A DNA stretch of 62,871 nt, counting the filler. It is 6 parts of 6 records of this genome, joined end to end, with 100 filler letters (N's around TTAATTAATTAA, not from the genome) between each part and the next. Parts side by side here need not be neighbours in the genome. Positions count along the whole stretch, not along the records: positions 19,970 to 35,432 come from SRR20825010_4726; positions 35,533 to 38,839 come from SRR20825010_4728; positions 38,940 to 46,088 come from SRR20825010_4737; 3 more parts are not named here. One strand, given 5' to 3'. The notes beneath the pieces were generated by a model. The model was not told the origin of the DNA and made no database searches. It saw only the letters and a program-made list of their open reading frames with translations. The stretch's first letter is position 1, and each line of letters starts with the position of its first letter. The translations under genes and the position numbers were made by a program. Positions 32,355 to 41,407 of this stretch are shown piece after piece.

Positions 32355-32906
32355 ATGGAAACAATCACAGAGCTTAACGTCAAAGGCATGGTCTGTAATC
32401 GCTGCATTCTGACCATACGAGAACAATTCCTAAATAAGGGATATTTGATAGGTGCCATTAGCCTTGGAAAAGTGGAGTTTGATAAACCAATAGACGCCAG
32501 CAAAAAGGAAGAAATCCGACAGCTTCTATCTGCGCTTGGTTTCGAATTGATCTCAGATAAAAACCAACAATTATTATCCAAGATGAAGGCAGCTGTTGAA
32601 ACATGGTCTGAGCAAAATGAATCCGGACACAAATCAATCAAGCTTTCGGACTATCTCTCCGATCAGTTCAACAAGAGTTATGATTCGCTCAGTGAATTTT
32701 TTTCGCGATATGAAGAGAAGACCATTGAAAAGTATTTCCTCGACAAGCGTATGGATAAAGTGAAGGAATTGCTGGTATACACTGATTTATCCCTGTCAGA
32801 AATAGCCTTCAAAACGGGCTTTAGCAGTGCTCATCACCTTTCTTCACAATTTAAGAAGCTATCTGGATTCAACCCTTCCGAATTAAGAGACATCCGAAGA
32901 GGCTGA
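32355..32906 (+). CDS. second HMA-AraC regulator
   Basis: VKGMVCNRC; LSEIAFKTGFSSAHHLSSQFKKLSGFNP. Confidence 0.92.
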   Translation: METITELNVKGMVCNRCILTIREQFLNKGYLIGAISLGKVEFDKPIDASKKEEIRQLLSALGFELISDKNQQLLSKMKAAVETWSEQNESGHKSIKLSDYLSDQFNKSYDSLSEFFSRYEEKTIEKYFLDKRMDKVKELLVYTDLSLSEIAFKTGFSSAHHLSSQFKKLSGFNPSELRDIRRG

Positions 32907-32913
32907 AAAGGAT

Positions 32914-32974
32914 AACTATATAAGCATCCCCCTAAATAGTATAAAACAGACGGTTCACGCACCTCCTAGTTTTG
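32914..32974 (+). promoter_or_regulatory. candidate operator plus Bacteroidota -7 promoter element upstream of second Cu ATPase
   Basis: AACTATATAA (32914), AATAGTATAA (32935), TAGTTTTG (32967) matching TAnnTTTG. Confidence 0.65.
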
Positions 32975-32989
32975 TTAAAAAAACTCAAA

Positions 32990-35251
32990 ATGGAAACAAT
33001 AGAAGCAACTAAAGAACGAACCTTAACCTCCGGTTCGGGCAATGTCACCAAACAAAGATTTCCCGTTACAGGCATGACCTGTGCTGCGTGTGCTGTGAGT
33101 GTCGAGTCGATGCTAGCAGGCACTCCTGGTGTGACCAGTGCGGGAGTAAACTTTGCCACACAAACCGCGTGGGCAGAATATGATAGCTCTAAGACCAGCC
33201 AGGACGAGCTACGCAAGTCCGTACAATCCATCGGTTATGATTTGATTATGGATGTGGCAGACCCTGCACAAAAGCAAGCAGAACTTCAAGCGGAGCATTA
33301 TCGCTCCATCAAAACCCGATTGACCTGGTCCGCAATTCTAACCCTACCTGTATTCATTATCGGCATGTTTTTTATGGATTGGGAGCCAGGTAATTGGATT
33401 TCCATGGGCTTGTCGTTTGTCATTCTCTTTTATTTTGGCAAGCATTTTTATACCACAGCATGGAAGCAAGCTCGCCATGGCAAGGCGAATATGGATACAT
33501 TGGTGGCTTTAAGCACCGGTATTGCCTTCATCTTCAGCGTTTTCAACACCCTATTTCCCGAATTTTGGCACAGCCGTGGTATTCATGCGCACGTCTATTA
33601 CGAAGCTGCTGTAGTCATTATCACCTTCATATCATTGGGTAAACTGCTGGAAGAAAAAGCCAAGTCCAACACTTCATCGGCCATCAAAAAGCTTATGGGC
33701 CTGCAACCCAAAACCGTGAAAGCAGTGATTGATGGCGCAGAAGTAGAAATACCCATCGCGTCCGTCAAGGAAGGTTATATCCTAATTGTTCGTCCCGGAG
33801 AAAAGATCCCTGTGGATGGTACCGTAGCTGAGGGGCGATCCTTCGTGGATGAAAGCATGATCACAGGAGAACCCGTTCCAGTGGAAAAAACGAAAGACGA
33901 CCAGGTTTTCGCTGGAACAATTAATCAAAAAGGAAGTTTCCAAATGACTGCTCTGAAAGTGGGTGGGGAAACCGTCCTGGCCAGCATCATTAAAATGGTT
34001 CAGGAAGCGCAGGGTAGTAAAGCACCAGTCCAAAAGCTCGTTGATAAAATTGCGGGAATTTTTGTTCCAGTTGTGCTTGGATTGGCCGTACTGACCTTTG
34101 CGGTTTGGATGCTATTCGGTGGCGACAATGCCTTCACCATGGCGCTTTTGGCATCTATAACTGTGTTGGTTATCGCATGTCCGTGTGCGCTAGGTCTGGC
34201 TACTCCTACCGCAATCATGGTTGGGGTGGGTAAAGGTGCTGAAAACAATATCTTGATCAAAGACGCTGAGAGTTTGGAATTGGGTTATAAGGTTAATGCG
34301 ATCATTCTAGACAAAACGGGTACGATAACAGAAGGTAAACCGGAAGTCACAGATGCATTTTGGTTGGAGAGCAACGAGCTTCCTTTGCTAAAAGGCATTC
34401 TCCTAAGTATGGAATCGCAAAGCGAACATCCGTTGGCTGAAGCAGTAGTTAAGATACTTAAAAAAGAAGCCAGCTCCCCTGCCCAGATAACTGGGTTTGA
34501 AAGTTTAACCGGACGAGGCGTATCTGCGAAAGCAGTTGATCACACCTTTTTTGTTGGTAATCGAAAACTAATCGATGAGAACCAAATTACCATTGACCAT
34601 GCCCTGTCGGCAAACGCCACACAATGGCAAAAGCAGGCTAAAACCGTAATCTACTTCGCCAATACGGTGCAGGTACTAGCAGTCTTAGCTATTGCCGACA
34701 AAATAAAAGCCACTTCCAAACAAGCCATTGAAACCCTTCAGAACAGGGGTATCGAGGTGTACATGCTCACTGGTGACAATAAGGAAACAGCTGCTGCTGT
34801 CTCCTTACAGGTCGGGATCAAAAAATACCGGGCTGAGGTGCTTCCTGCAGACAAAGCGGAATTTACAAAAGAGCTGCAGGATCAAGGTAAAATTGTAGCC
34901 ATGGTTGGTGATGGAATCAACGATTCTCACGCCCTCGCTCAGGCGGATGTAAGCATAGCCATGGGCAAAGGATCAGATATCGCCATGGATGTGGCTAAAA
35001 TAACGCTGATTACCTCCGACTTAAACAGCATTCCGAAAGCCTTACTTTTATCCAAAAAAACAGTCCTTGGCATTCGGCAAAACCTGTTCTGGGCCTTTAT
35101 TTATAATTTGATTGGGATTCCATTGGCTGCTGGTGTATTGTATCCGATCAATGGTTTTCTCCTGGACCCAATGATTGCCGGAGCAGCCATGGCCTTTAGT
35201 TCTGTTTCAGTTGTCCTGAACAGCCTAAGACTGAAAGCCTCTAAAATCTAA
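32990..35251 (+). CDS. copA: second P1B-1 copper-translocating P-type ATPase
   Basis: [40 protein letters not shown] and MAFSS. ATG at 32990. Confidence 0.95.
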   Translation: METIEATKERTLTSGSGNVTKQRFPVTGMTCAACAVSVESMLAGTPGVTSAGVNFATQTAWAEYDSSKTSQDELRKSVQSIGYDLIMDVADPAQKQAELQAEHYRSIKTRLTWSAILTLPVFIIGMFFMDWEPGNWISMGLSFVILFYFGKHFYTTAWKQARHGKANMDTLVALSTGIAFIFSVFNTLFPEFWHSRGIHAHVYYEAAVVIITFISLGKLLEEKAKSNTSSAIKKLMGLQPKTVKAVIDGAEVEIPIASVKEGYILIVRPGEKIPVDGTVAEGRSFVDESMITGEPVPVEKTKDDQVFAGTINQKGSFQMTALKVGGETVLASIIKMVQEAQGSKAPVQKLVDKIAGIFVPVVLGLAVLTFAVWMLFGGDNAFTMALLASITVLVIACPCALGLATPTAIMVGVGKGAENNILIKDAESLELGYKVNAIILDKTGTITEGKPEVTDAFWLESNELPLLKGILLSMESQSEHPLAEAVVKILKKEASSPAQITGFESLTGRGVSAKAVDHTFFVGNRKLIDENQITIDHALSANATQWQKQAKTVIYFANTVQVLAVLAIADKIKATSKQAIETLQNRGIEVYMLTGDNKETAAAVSLQVGIKKYRAEVLPADKAEFTKELQDQGKIVAMVGDGINDSHALAQADVSIAMGKGSDIAMDVAKITLITSDLNSIPKALLLSKKTVLGIRQNLFWAFIYNLIGIPLAAGVLYPINGFLLDPMIAGAAMAFSSVSVVLNSLRLKASKI

Positions 35252-35334
35252 AAATTTAAAATACTTAAAGCGCTATGAACCAGCACAATCTGATGCTGGT
35301 TCAGGATAACGCTGTTCTTAATTCATTCGAAATC

Positions 35335-35432
35335 ATGGAAAACACAGTTAAAATACGAAATGTCGTTCAGGAAACTGAGGATGCAATCACGGTCTATCTG
35401 GACAAGCATCCATCCTTGAATCATTATAGTTC
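35335..35432 (+). CDS. N-terminal fragment of a ferredoxin-reductase-type FAD-binding oxidoreductase (truncated)
   Basis: VKIRNVVQETEDAITVYL resembles the first strands of FNR-like domains. Only about 32 codons are visible; an alternative start lies at 35275. Confidence 0.5.
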
Positions 35433-35532
35433 NNNNNNNNNNNNNNNNNNNNNNNNNNNNNNNNNNNNNNNNNNNNTTAATTAATTAANNNNNNNNNNNN
35501 NNNNNNNNNNNNNNNNNNNNNNNNNNNNNNNN
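35433..35532. other. artificial contig linker
   Basis: N44-TTAATTAATTAA-N44. Confidence 0.98.
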
Positions 35533-35567
35533 GTACTGTCTTGAAGGGTTGCGCTTGCCGGCGGGGT

Positions 35568-36533
35568 TCAGGCCGGCGTCGGTTCACTGGCGGCGTGGTG
35601 CTGCAATAGCGCGGCCGCCATGGAGGAAGTGGTCACCAGATGGGTGAAAAAACGGCCGGCGATGGCGGCCTTGAGAGGTTCGAGCTTCTCGTCCTCCTGC
35701 ACCACCATCAGGCGCTTCGGAATGGCGCGGATGGCGTCGAAATCGGCCGAGATCATGCGCCGGTTGTAATCGCAGTCGAGCAGTTTGCCATCGGCGGTGA
35801 TGATTTGTCCCGCAATGACGCCGGTGGCGCCCATCGCTTTCAGCCGCCCAAGCTCTTCGATGCTGAGCGCGCCGCACTTTATGACATGGCTGTCGGTGTC
35901 TAGCGCTCCGACGGTGAAGAGAGCGAGATCGCAGGCGCCGATACCGTCGAGCTGTTCGCGGATGACCGGCTCTTCGCGCAGAGCCTGAGCCAGTCCCTCG
36001 GTGCTCAGGACCAGCGGTGCGTAGAAGTTGAGCCCCTTGGCGTTGAGCCGGCGGGCAATCTCCATGGTGCACTGGTCGGGACGGTAGGCATAGGGCGAGC
36101 CGAGATTGCCGCACATCTCGACAACCGTCACGCCTTCGCGGTCGGCATAGCTCATGGCGTCGGCAATGTCGTAGACGGTGCGGCCCCAGGCGACGCAGAC
36201 CCGATTCCCGTTCTCGACCATTTCGAGAAAGACATTGGCAGCCAGCGTCGGAATTTCGGAGGCTGGGGAGGGTGAAAGGGAATCCTCCCCCACGAGCCAC
36301 ACGGTTTCGAGGCCGAACGTATCTTCCATCTGGCGCGCGAGGCGCTCGCCGCTGAAAAGATGCGTGGAGGTGGAGATGTTGACGATACCGGCCTCACGGG
36401 CCTTGCGCAGATAGAGCGCCACGGATGCGCGCGAGATGCTCAGCCGCTGCGCCACCTCGTCCTGACGCAGGCCGTGCGTGTAATATAGCCAGGCGGCCTT
36501 GTGTATGATCTGCTCTGCAGGACGATAAGCCAT
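35568..36533 (-). CDS. SorC/DeoR/LsrR-type sugar-binding transcriptional regulator
   Basis: AAWLYY..GL.Q.EVA.RL.ISRA.V...L..AR..GIV.I HTH, VAWGRT. ATG 36533 follows AGGAGG. Confidence 0.92.
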   Translation of the reverse strand: MAYRPAEQIIHKAAWLYYTHGLRQDEVAQRLSISRASVALYLRKAREAGIVNISTSTHLFSGERLARQMEDTFGLETVWLVGEDSLSPSPASEIPTLAANVFLEMVENGNRVCVAWGRTVYDIADAMSYADREGVTVVEMCGNLGSPYAYRPDQCTMEIARRLNAKGLNFYAPLVLSTEGLAQALREEPVIREQLDGIGACDLALFTVGALDTDSHVIKCGALSIEELGRLKAMGATGVIAGQIITADGKLLDCDYNRRMISADFDAIRAIPKRLMVVQEDEKLEPLKAAIAGRFFTHLVTTSSMAAALLQHHAASEPTPA

Positions 36534-36689
36534 TCCGCGCCTCCTTTCGACATTATTCATGGCGATTGACAAAAGTCAATTCGCAGCCGGGAAGAACCGG
36601 GAGACCGGGGAAGGCGGTCCCGTCAAGGCGCGGCTCGCTTGTCCTTGGCGGACGGTTGATCGGGTCGCACGGGGGGATGCAGGTATGAG

Positions 36690-36722
36690 AAAGGCCGGGA
36701 TGCGCGATGCATCCCGGCCTTT
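36690..36722 (-). terminator. intrinsic terminator downstream of lipoprotein gene
   Basis: Perfect 14-bp stem AAAGGCCGGGATGC / GCATCCCGGCCTTT with a 5-nt loop. Confidence 0.75.
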
Positions 36723-36768
36723 GCCGTGTTGTCTGCTGCCAGGCAGCGCAGGTTGCGCTGCCGGACGA

Positions 36769-37038
36769 TCAGTAACCGCGCGGGCAACGGGCCTCGTAGC
36801 GGCGGCCGTATTCGTCGCGATAGATGCAGCGGTTGCTGTTTTCCGATGCGCGACCGACCAGAGCGCCGGCCACCGTGCCGATGGCACCGCCGATGATGGC
36901 GCCTTCAACCTTGTTGCCGGAAGCGAGCGCGCCGATGGCCGCACCACTGGCGCCGCCAAATGCCGCGCCCTGTTCAGTTGGGGTGCAGGCAGCAACACCG
37001 AGAAGCAGTGCCGGCACGAGAAGCAGTGACTTTTTCAT
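36769..37038 (-). CDS. glycine-zipper lipoprotein
   Basis: MKKSLLLVPALLLGVAAC lipobox, GAAFGGASGAAIG..GAIIGGAIG..AGALVG, C.YRD..G..Y...C tail; GGAGAGG RBS. Confidence 0.88.
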   Translation of the reverse strand: MKKSLLLVPALLLGVAACTPTEQGAAFGGASGAAIGALASGNKVEGAIIGGAIGTVAGALVGRASENSNRCIYRDEYGRRYEARCPRGY

Positions 37039-37460
37039 GTGTCCTCTCCAAATGGTTTTCATCATAAGCTACAGACATCGATTTGGTTCCATCTGAAGCT
37101 ATGCAGTTAATGGTGTCCCTATAGCCGTATAACATGGACATAAAATCCGGCAAAAGTCCGAGAGACAAGCGTAGTTTGTGTCGATTTCTCGTCTTGTTGT
37201 GTGAAAATGACCGTTGATTGCAGGCTATTTGCACGCCTCGCCAGTGGAATTTGGCGATTTCCGGGCGGAATTTTGGTGAAAAAGGGTTCCATCCATCTCC
37301 GATTTGCGTGAGTCTGGTCTCAATCCGCACGGACAAGGTCGCATACAGACCATGCGCGATCATGTGTTTTGGTTCACGGTCCCGAGTGTGGAGGAATGTT
37401 CCGGGGACGGGCGGCCATTCTGTCATTTGCTTCCAGCCTCGGACAGATATGGAGTGAGAC

Positions 37461-38839
37461 ATGTCCAATGAAATCGTTGAGGAGGACCACGGGCTCGAGC
37501 CCGGGCAGGATAACATTCGGCTGCTTGGTCTGGACGTTCACAACCCTGTTTTCTTCGTTTCCGCTGTTCTGATCATTGCCTTCGTGATCATCGCCCTGAT
37601 GTTTCAGGAAGCGTCGGGAAGTGCACTTGGCGGACTGCGGGTCTGGCTGACTTCGACCTTTGACTGGGTCTTCATGCTGTCAGCAAATCTATTCGTGGTG
37701 TTTTGTGTTCTTGTCGCGGCAACGCCACTGGGCAAAGTCAGGCTGGGCGGCAAGGATGCAGTGCCCGAATATTCCTATTCCGGCTGGTTCGCGATGCTCT
37801 TTGCGGCTGGCATGGGTATCGGCCTGATGTTTTTCGGCGTGCTTGAGCCGATGTATCATTTCAACAACCCGCCGCTTGGTCTGGAGGCACCATTGGCCGA
37901 TGGCGAACTCGTGGCGAGCGCGGTGCCGGCGGCCCGTGAAATGGGCATGGCGGCAACCATCTTTCACTGGGGGCTTCATCCCTGGGCGATTTACGCGGTT
38001 CTGGCGCTGTCGCTCTCGCTTGCCGCTTACAACAAGGGGCTGCCGCTATCCATCCGCTCGGCGTTCTACCCGATTCTGGGCGAACGGGTGCGCGGCTGGC
38101 CCGGTCACCTGATCGACATCATGGCGGTTTTCGCAACACTCTTTGGCCTTGCAACGTCGCTCGGCTTCGGTGCCTCGCAGGCGCTTGCCGGCTTGAATGA
38201 GCTATATGGTGTTCCGAACACTGACACGATCAAGGTCCTGCTCATCATGGGGATCACCGGCATTGCTTTGATCTCCGTCGTGGCGGGACTGGATGCGGGC
38301 GTCAAGCGTCTCTCCGAGATCAACATGGTGCTCGCCATTCTTCTACTTCTGTTTGTGATCATCTTCGGTCCCACACTGGCAATCATCACCGGCTTTTTCT
38401 CCAACACATGGTCTTATCTGAAGGAGTTGCCGGAACTCTCGAACTGGGTCGGCCGCGAAGACACGGGCTTCATGCACGGATGGACCACCTTTTACTGGGC
38501 CTGGTGGATTTCCTGGTCACCTTTCGTGGGCATGTTCATCGCCCGTGTTTCCAAGGGGCGGACCGTGCGCGAGTTCATTACCTGTGTTCTGATCATTCCC
38601 ACACTCGTATCGATCCTCTGGATGACGACGTTCGGCGGCACTGCAATGGAGCAGTTCCTGGCCGATGGATACACGGGCGTTCAGGAGACAGTGGTCGATT
38701 ACGTGCCAGAACTTTCGCTGTTTGCGATGCTGGCCGACCTGCCGCTGGCCGGTGTGAGCTCGCTCATCGGAATCATTCTGGTCATCGTATTTTTCGTTAC
38801 GTCGTCGGATTCCGGCTCGCTGGTCATCGACACGATCAC
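37461..38839 (+). CDS. BCCT family transporter, 3' truncated
   Basis: WFAMLFAAGMGIGL, FHWGLHPWAIY, WTTFYWAWWISWSPFVG.FIAR.SKGRT.REF, FFVTSSDSG. Confidence 0.95.
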
Positions 38840-38939
38840 NNNNNNNNNNNNNNNNNNNNNNNNNNNNNNNNNNNNNNNNNNNNTTAATTAATTAANNNNN
38901 NNNNNNNNNNNNNNNNNNNNNNNNNNNNNNNNNNNNNNN
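38840..38939. other. artificial contig linker
   Basis: N44-TTAATTAATTAA-N44. Confidence 0.98.
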
Positions 38940-39757
38940 CCGCCCTGATCGATGGCGACATCGACCAGCACAGAGCCGCGCCGCATCTTCTCAACCAGCG
39001 CGTCCGTCACCAGTTTCGGCGCAGCAGCCCCCGGCACCAGCACGGCACCGACCACGAGATCCGCCGCCATCACATGCTCTTCGATCGCATCCACCGTGGA
39101 ATAGATCGTGTTCAGCATCGGCCCGAACTGAAGATCCAGCTCATAAAGCCGCTCCAAACTCCGGTCGATCACGGTGACCTTGGCTTCCAGCCCCATCGCC
39201 ATGCGCGCCGCATTGGTCCCGACCACGCCACCGCCGATGACAACGACATTGCCCGCGGGCACACCCGGCACACCGCCAAGCAGCGTCCCGCTTCCGCCCT
39301 GGGTTTTCTCCAGGCAGTGTGCTCCGGCCTGTATTGCCATACGCCCAGCCACCTCGCTCATCGGCGCCAGCAACGGCAGGCCGCCTCGGGCATTCGTGAC
39401 GGTCTCATAGGCGATGGCTATCGCGCCACTGTCGATCAGGCCCTTTGTCTGGGCCAGATCGGGGGCCAGATGCAGATAGGTGAAAAGGATCTGTCCCTCG
39501 CGCAGCATCTTGCATTCGGCCGCTTGCGGCTCCTTCACCTTGACCACCATATCCGCCTTGGCGAATACCTCTGCGGCATCCGCCGCAATATCGGCGCCGG
39601 CGGCAACATACTGGTCGTCATCGAGACCGATGCCGTAACCGGCATGGGTCTCGACAAGAACCTGATGGCCGTGATGGACAAGCTCCCGAACGCTGGACGG
39701 GATCAGACCGACCCGGTTTTCATCCGCCTTTATTTCCTTCGGCACGCCGATCAGCAT
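38940..39757 (-). CDS. ald: alanine dehydrogenase, 3' truncated
   Basis: [48 protein letters not shown]. Confidence 0.97.
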
Positions 39758-39987
39758 GGTGTCCTCCCTGCTTGGGTTCGAATTTCAACGCCCTTGCCAA
39801 GTCGTGCATCACGCGGCTGGCACGGGATCACCGTACCGTGACAGCAAATCATCCCCTGCCACAATACGGTCACGATCGATCACGAGAATTTCTTTTGTCA
39901 GCGTGACGAGCGGCTCCTAGGCTGTTCACATCAAGGTGCCTCTGCCCGTCTCAATCGGGAAAGCAGAGTGACACGGGGGAGAGGGTC

Positions 39988-40095
39988 ATGGCCATGAAAG
40001 CCGAAAATCTGAAACGCTCTTGCGTCGTTCTTGGCGCGATTGTTTTCAATGTTCTGGTCTGGCTGACCGCCGCCCTGCCGCATCTGGTGGTTTAA
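39988..40095 (+). CDS. putative 35-aa hydrophobic small protein (not in ORF track)
   Basis: GGGGGAGAGGG RBS then MAMKAENLKRSCVVLGAIVFNVLVWLTAALPHLVV. Confidence 0.5.
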   Translation: MAMKAENLKRSCVVLGAIVFNVLVWLTAALPHLVV

Positions 40096-40231
40096 GCACG
40101 GCAGAGTGCGATCAAGCAGCTGGCCTGTTCGTATCTGAACAGTAGCTGTTTACCAAAAATTCTTACGGACACTGGAAGCGGTGCCCGAACGGAACTAGGA
40201 TTCCGGCAGTTTCAATGCCGGAGAATTTCTT

Positions 40232-41398
40232 ATGTACCGCCATATCATCGTGGGCCGTGGCCTGATCGGCTCCGCCGCAGCACGCCATCTCTCCTCCTGG
40301 CAGGATGGAGTGGCCGTTATCGGCCCCGATGAGCCATCGGACCGGCAGCAACATGAAGGCGTCTTCGCCAGTCATTACGACGAAGGACGCATAACCCGTG
40401 TCTACGATCCTTCTCCGGAATGGTCGATCACCGCAGCACGCTCCATCGAACGCTACTCCGAAATAGAATCCGAAAGCGGTATCAGCTTCTTCACCCCCGC
40501 GGGCTTCCTCAAGATCGTTGGCGAAGAAGACCCGGACATCAAACCCACCGTCGCCCTGACACGGGAAAATGGCGGTAATGCCACGACCATTTCGGCCCGC
40601 ATCATGCGCGAGCTTTATCCCTTTCTTTCCTTGCCGGACAATTGCGCCGGTATTCAGGAAACCGAAACCGCCGGCTATCTAAGCCCGCGCAATCTGGTGA
40701 AGGCGCAAACCGCCATCGCCGAGAAACAGGGCGTCCATATCGTGCGGGCGGCAGCGACATCTATTTCAGTGAATAGTACGTCCGTTTCCGTAACAACCGA
40801 TGACGGACAGACTCTGGAGGCAGAACGGGTTCTGGTCGCGACCGGCGGTTATACAGGCGCCTGCAAGCTGCTGCCACGGCAACTCGCTATCACCGTTTAC
40901 GGCAGAACCGTCCTGCTCATTAAGATAACGGACATGGCAGCGGAAGTTCTTTCCCGCATGCCAACCGTCATCGACAGATATTCCGGCTCCTATATTCTGC
41001 CGCCAATCCGGTACCCGGACGGAAATCTCTATCTCAAGCTCGGTATGGGTACCGAAGCCGATCCAAAGCTGACAACCCGTGAGGATTTGACGAGTTGGTT
41101 TCGTTCAACAGGCTCCGAGCGCAACAGGCTCGAACTTACCGAAGCCGTCGAGCGCCTAATCCCGGTACTCAAGGAATGCCCCGAGCGCCATACCGATACC
41201 TGCGTGACCACCTATAGCCCGTCGGGCCTGCCCTATATCGACTATGTCGCGGGCGATCGCCTTGCCGTCGCGACATGCGGCAACGGCATGGGAGCGAAAG
41301 GCTCGGACGATTGGGGCTATGCCGCCGCCCGGCTGCTTGAAGGCGGGGACTGGGATCACCCGGTCCCGCGCTTCAAGCTGAAAGCCGCGTTTGCCTGA
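40232..41398 (+). CDS. FAD-dependent oxidoreductase (DAO / monomeric sarcosine oxidase-like)
   Basis: IIVGRGLIGSAAA Rossmann motif, SHYDEGRITR, VLVATGGY, GNGMGAK. Confidence 0.88.
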   Translation: MYRHIIVGRGLIGSAAARHLSSWQDGVAVIGPDEPSDRQQHEGVFASHYDEGRITRVYDPSPEWSITAARSIERYSEIESESGISFFTPAGFLKIVGEEDPDIKPTVALTRENGGNATTISARIMRELYPFLSLPDNCAGIQETETAGYLSPRNLVKAQTAIAEKQGVHIVRAAATSISVNSTSVSVTTDDGQTLEAERVLVATGGYTGACKLLPRQLAITVYGRTVLLIKITDMAAEVLSRMPTVIDRYSGSYILPPIRYPDGNLYLKLGMGTEADPKLTTREDLTSWFRSTGSERNRLELTEAVERLIPVLKECPERHTDTCVTTYSPSGLPYIDYVAGDRLAVATCGNGMGAKGSDDWGYAAARLLEGGDWDHPVPRFKLKAAFA

Positions 41399-41407
41399 GA
41401 CTGACGC

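Noticed and set aside
39932-39980. Cobalamin riboswitch suggested by AAGGTGC...AATCGGGAA
   Set aside because: The downstream core (GCCCCCGCAACTGT-like motif and B12 box) is absent and no B12-related gene follows.
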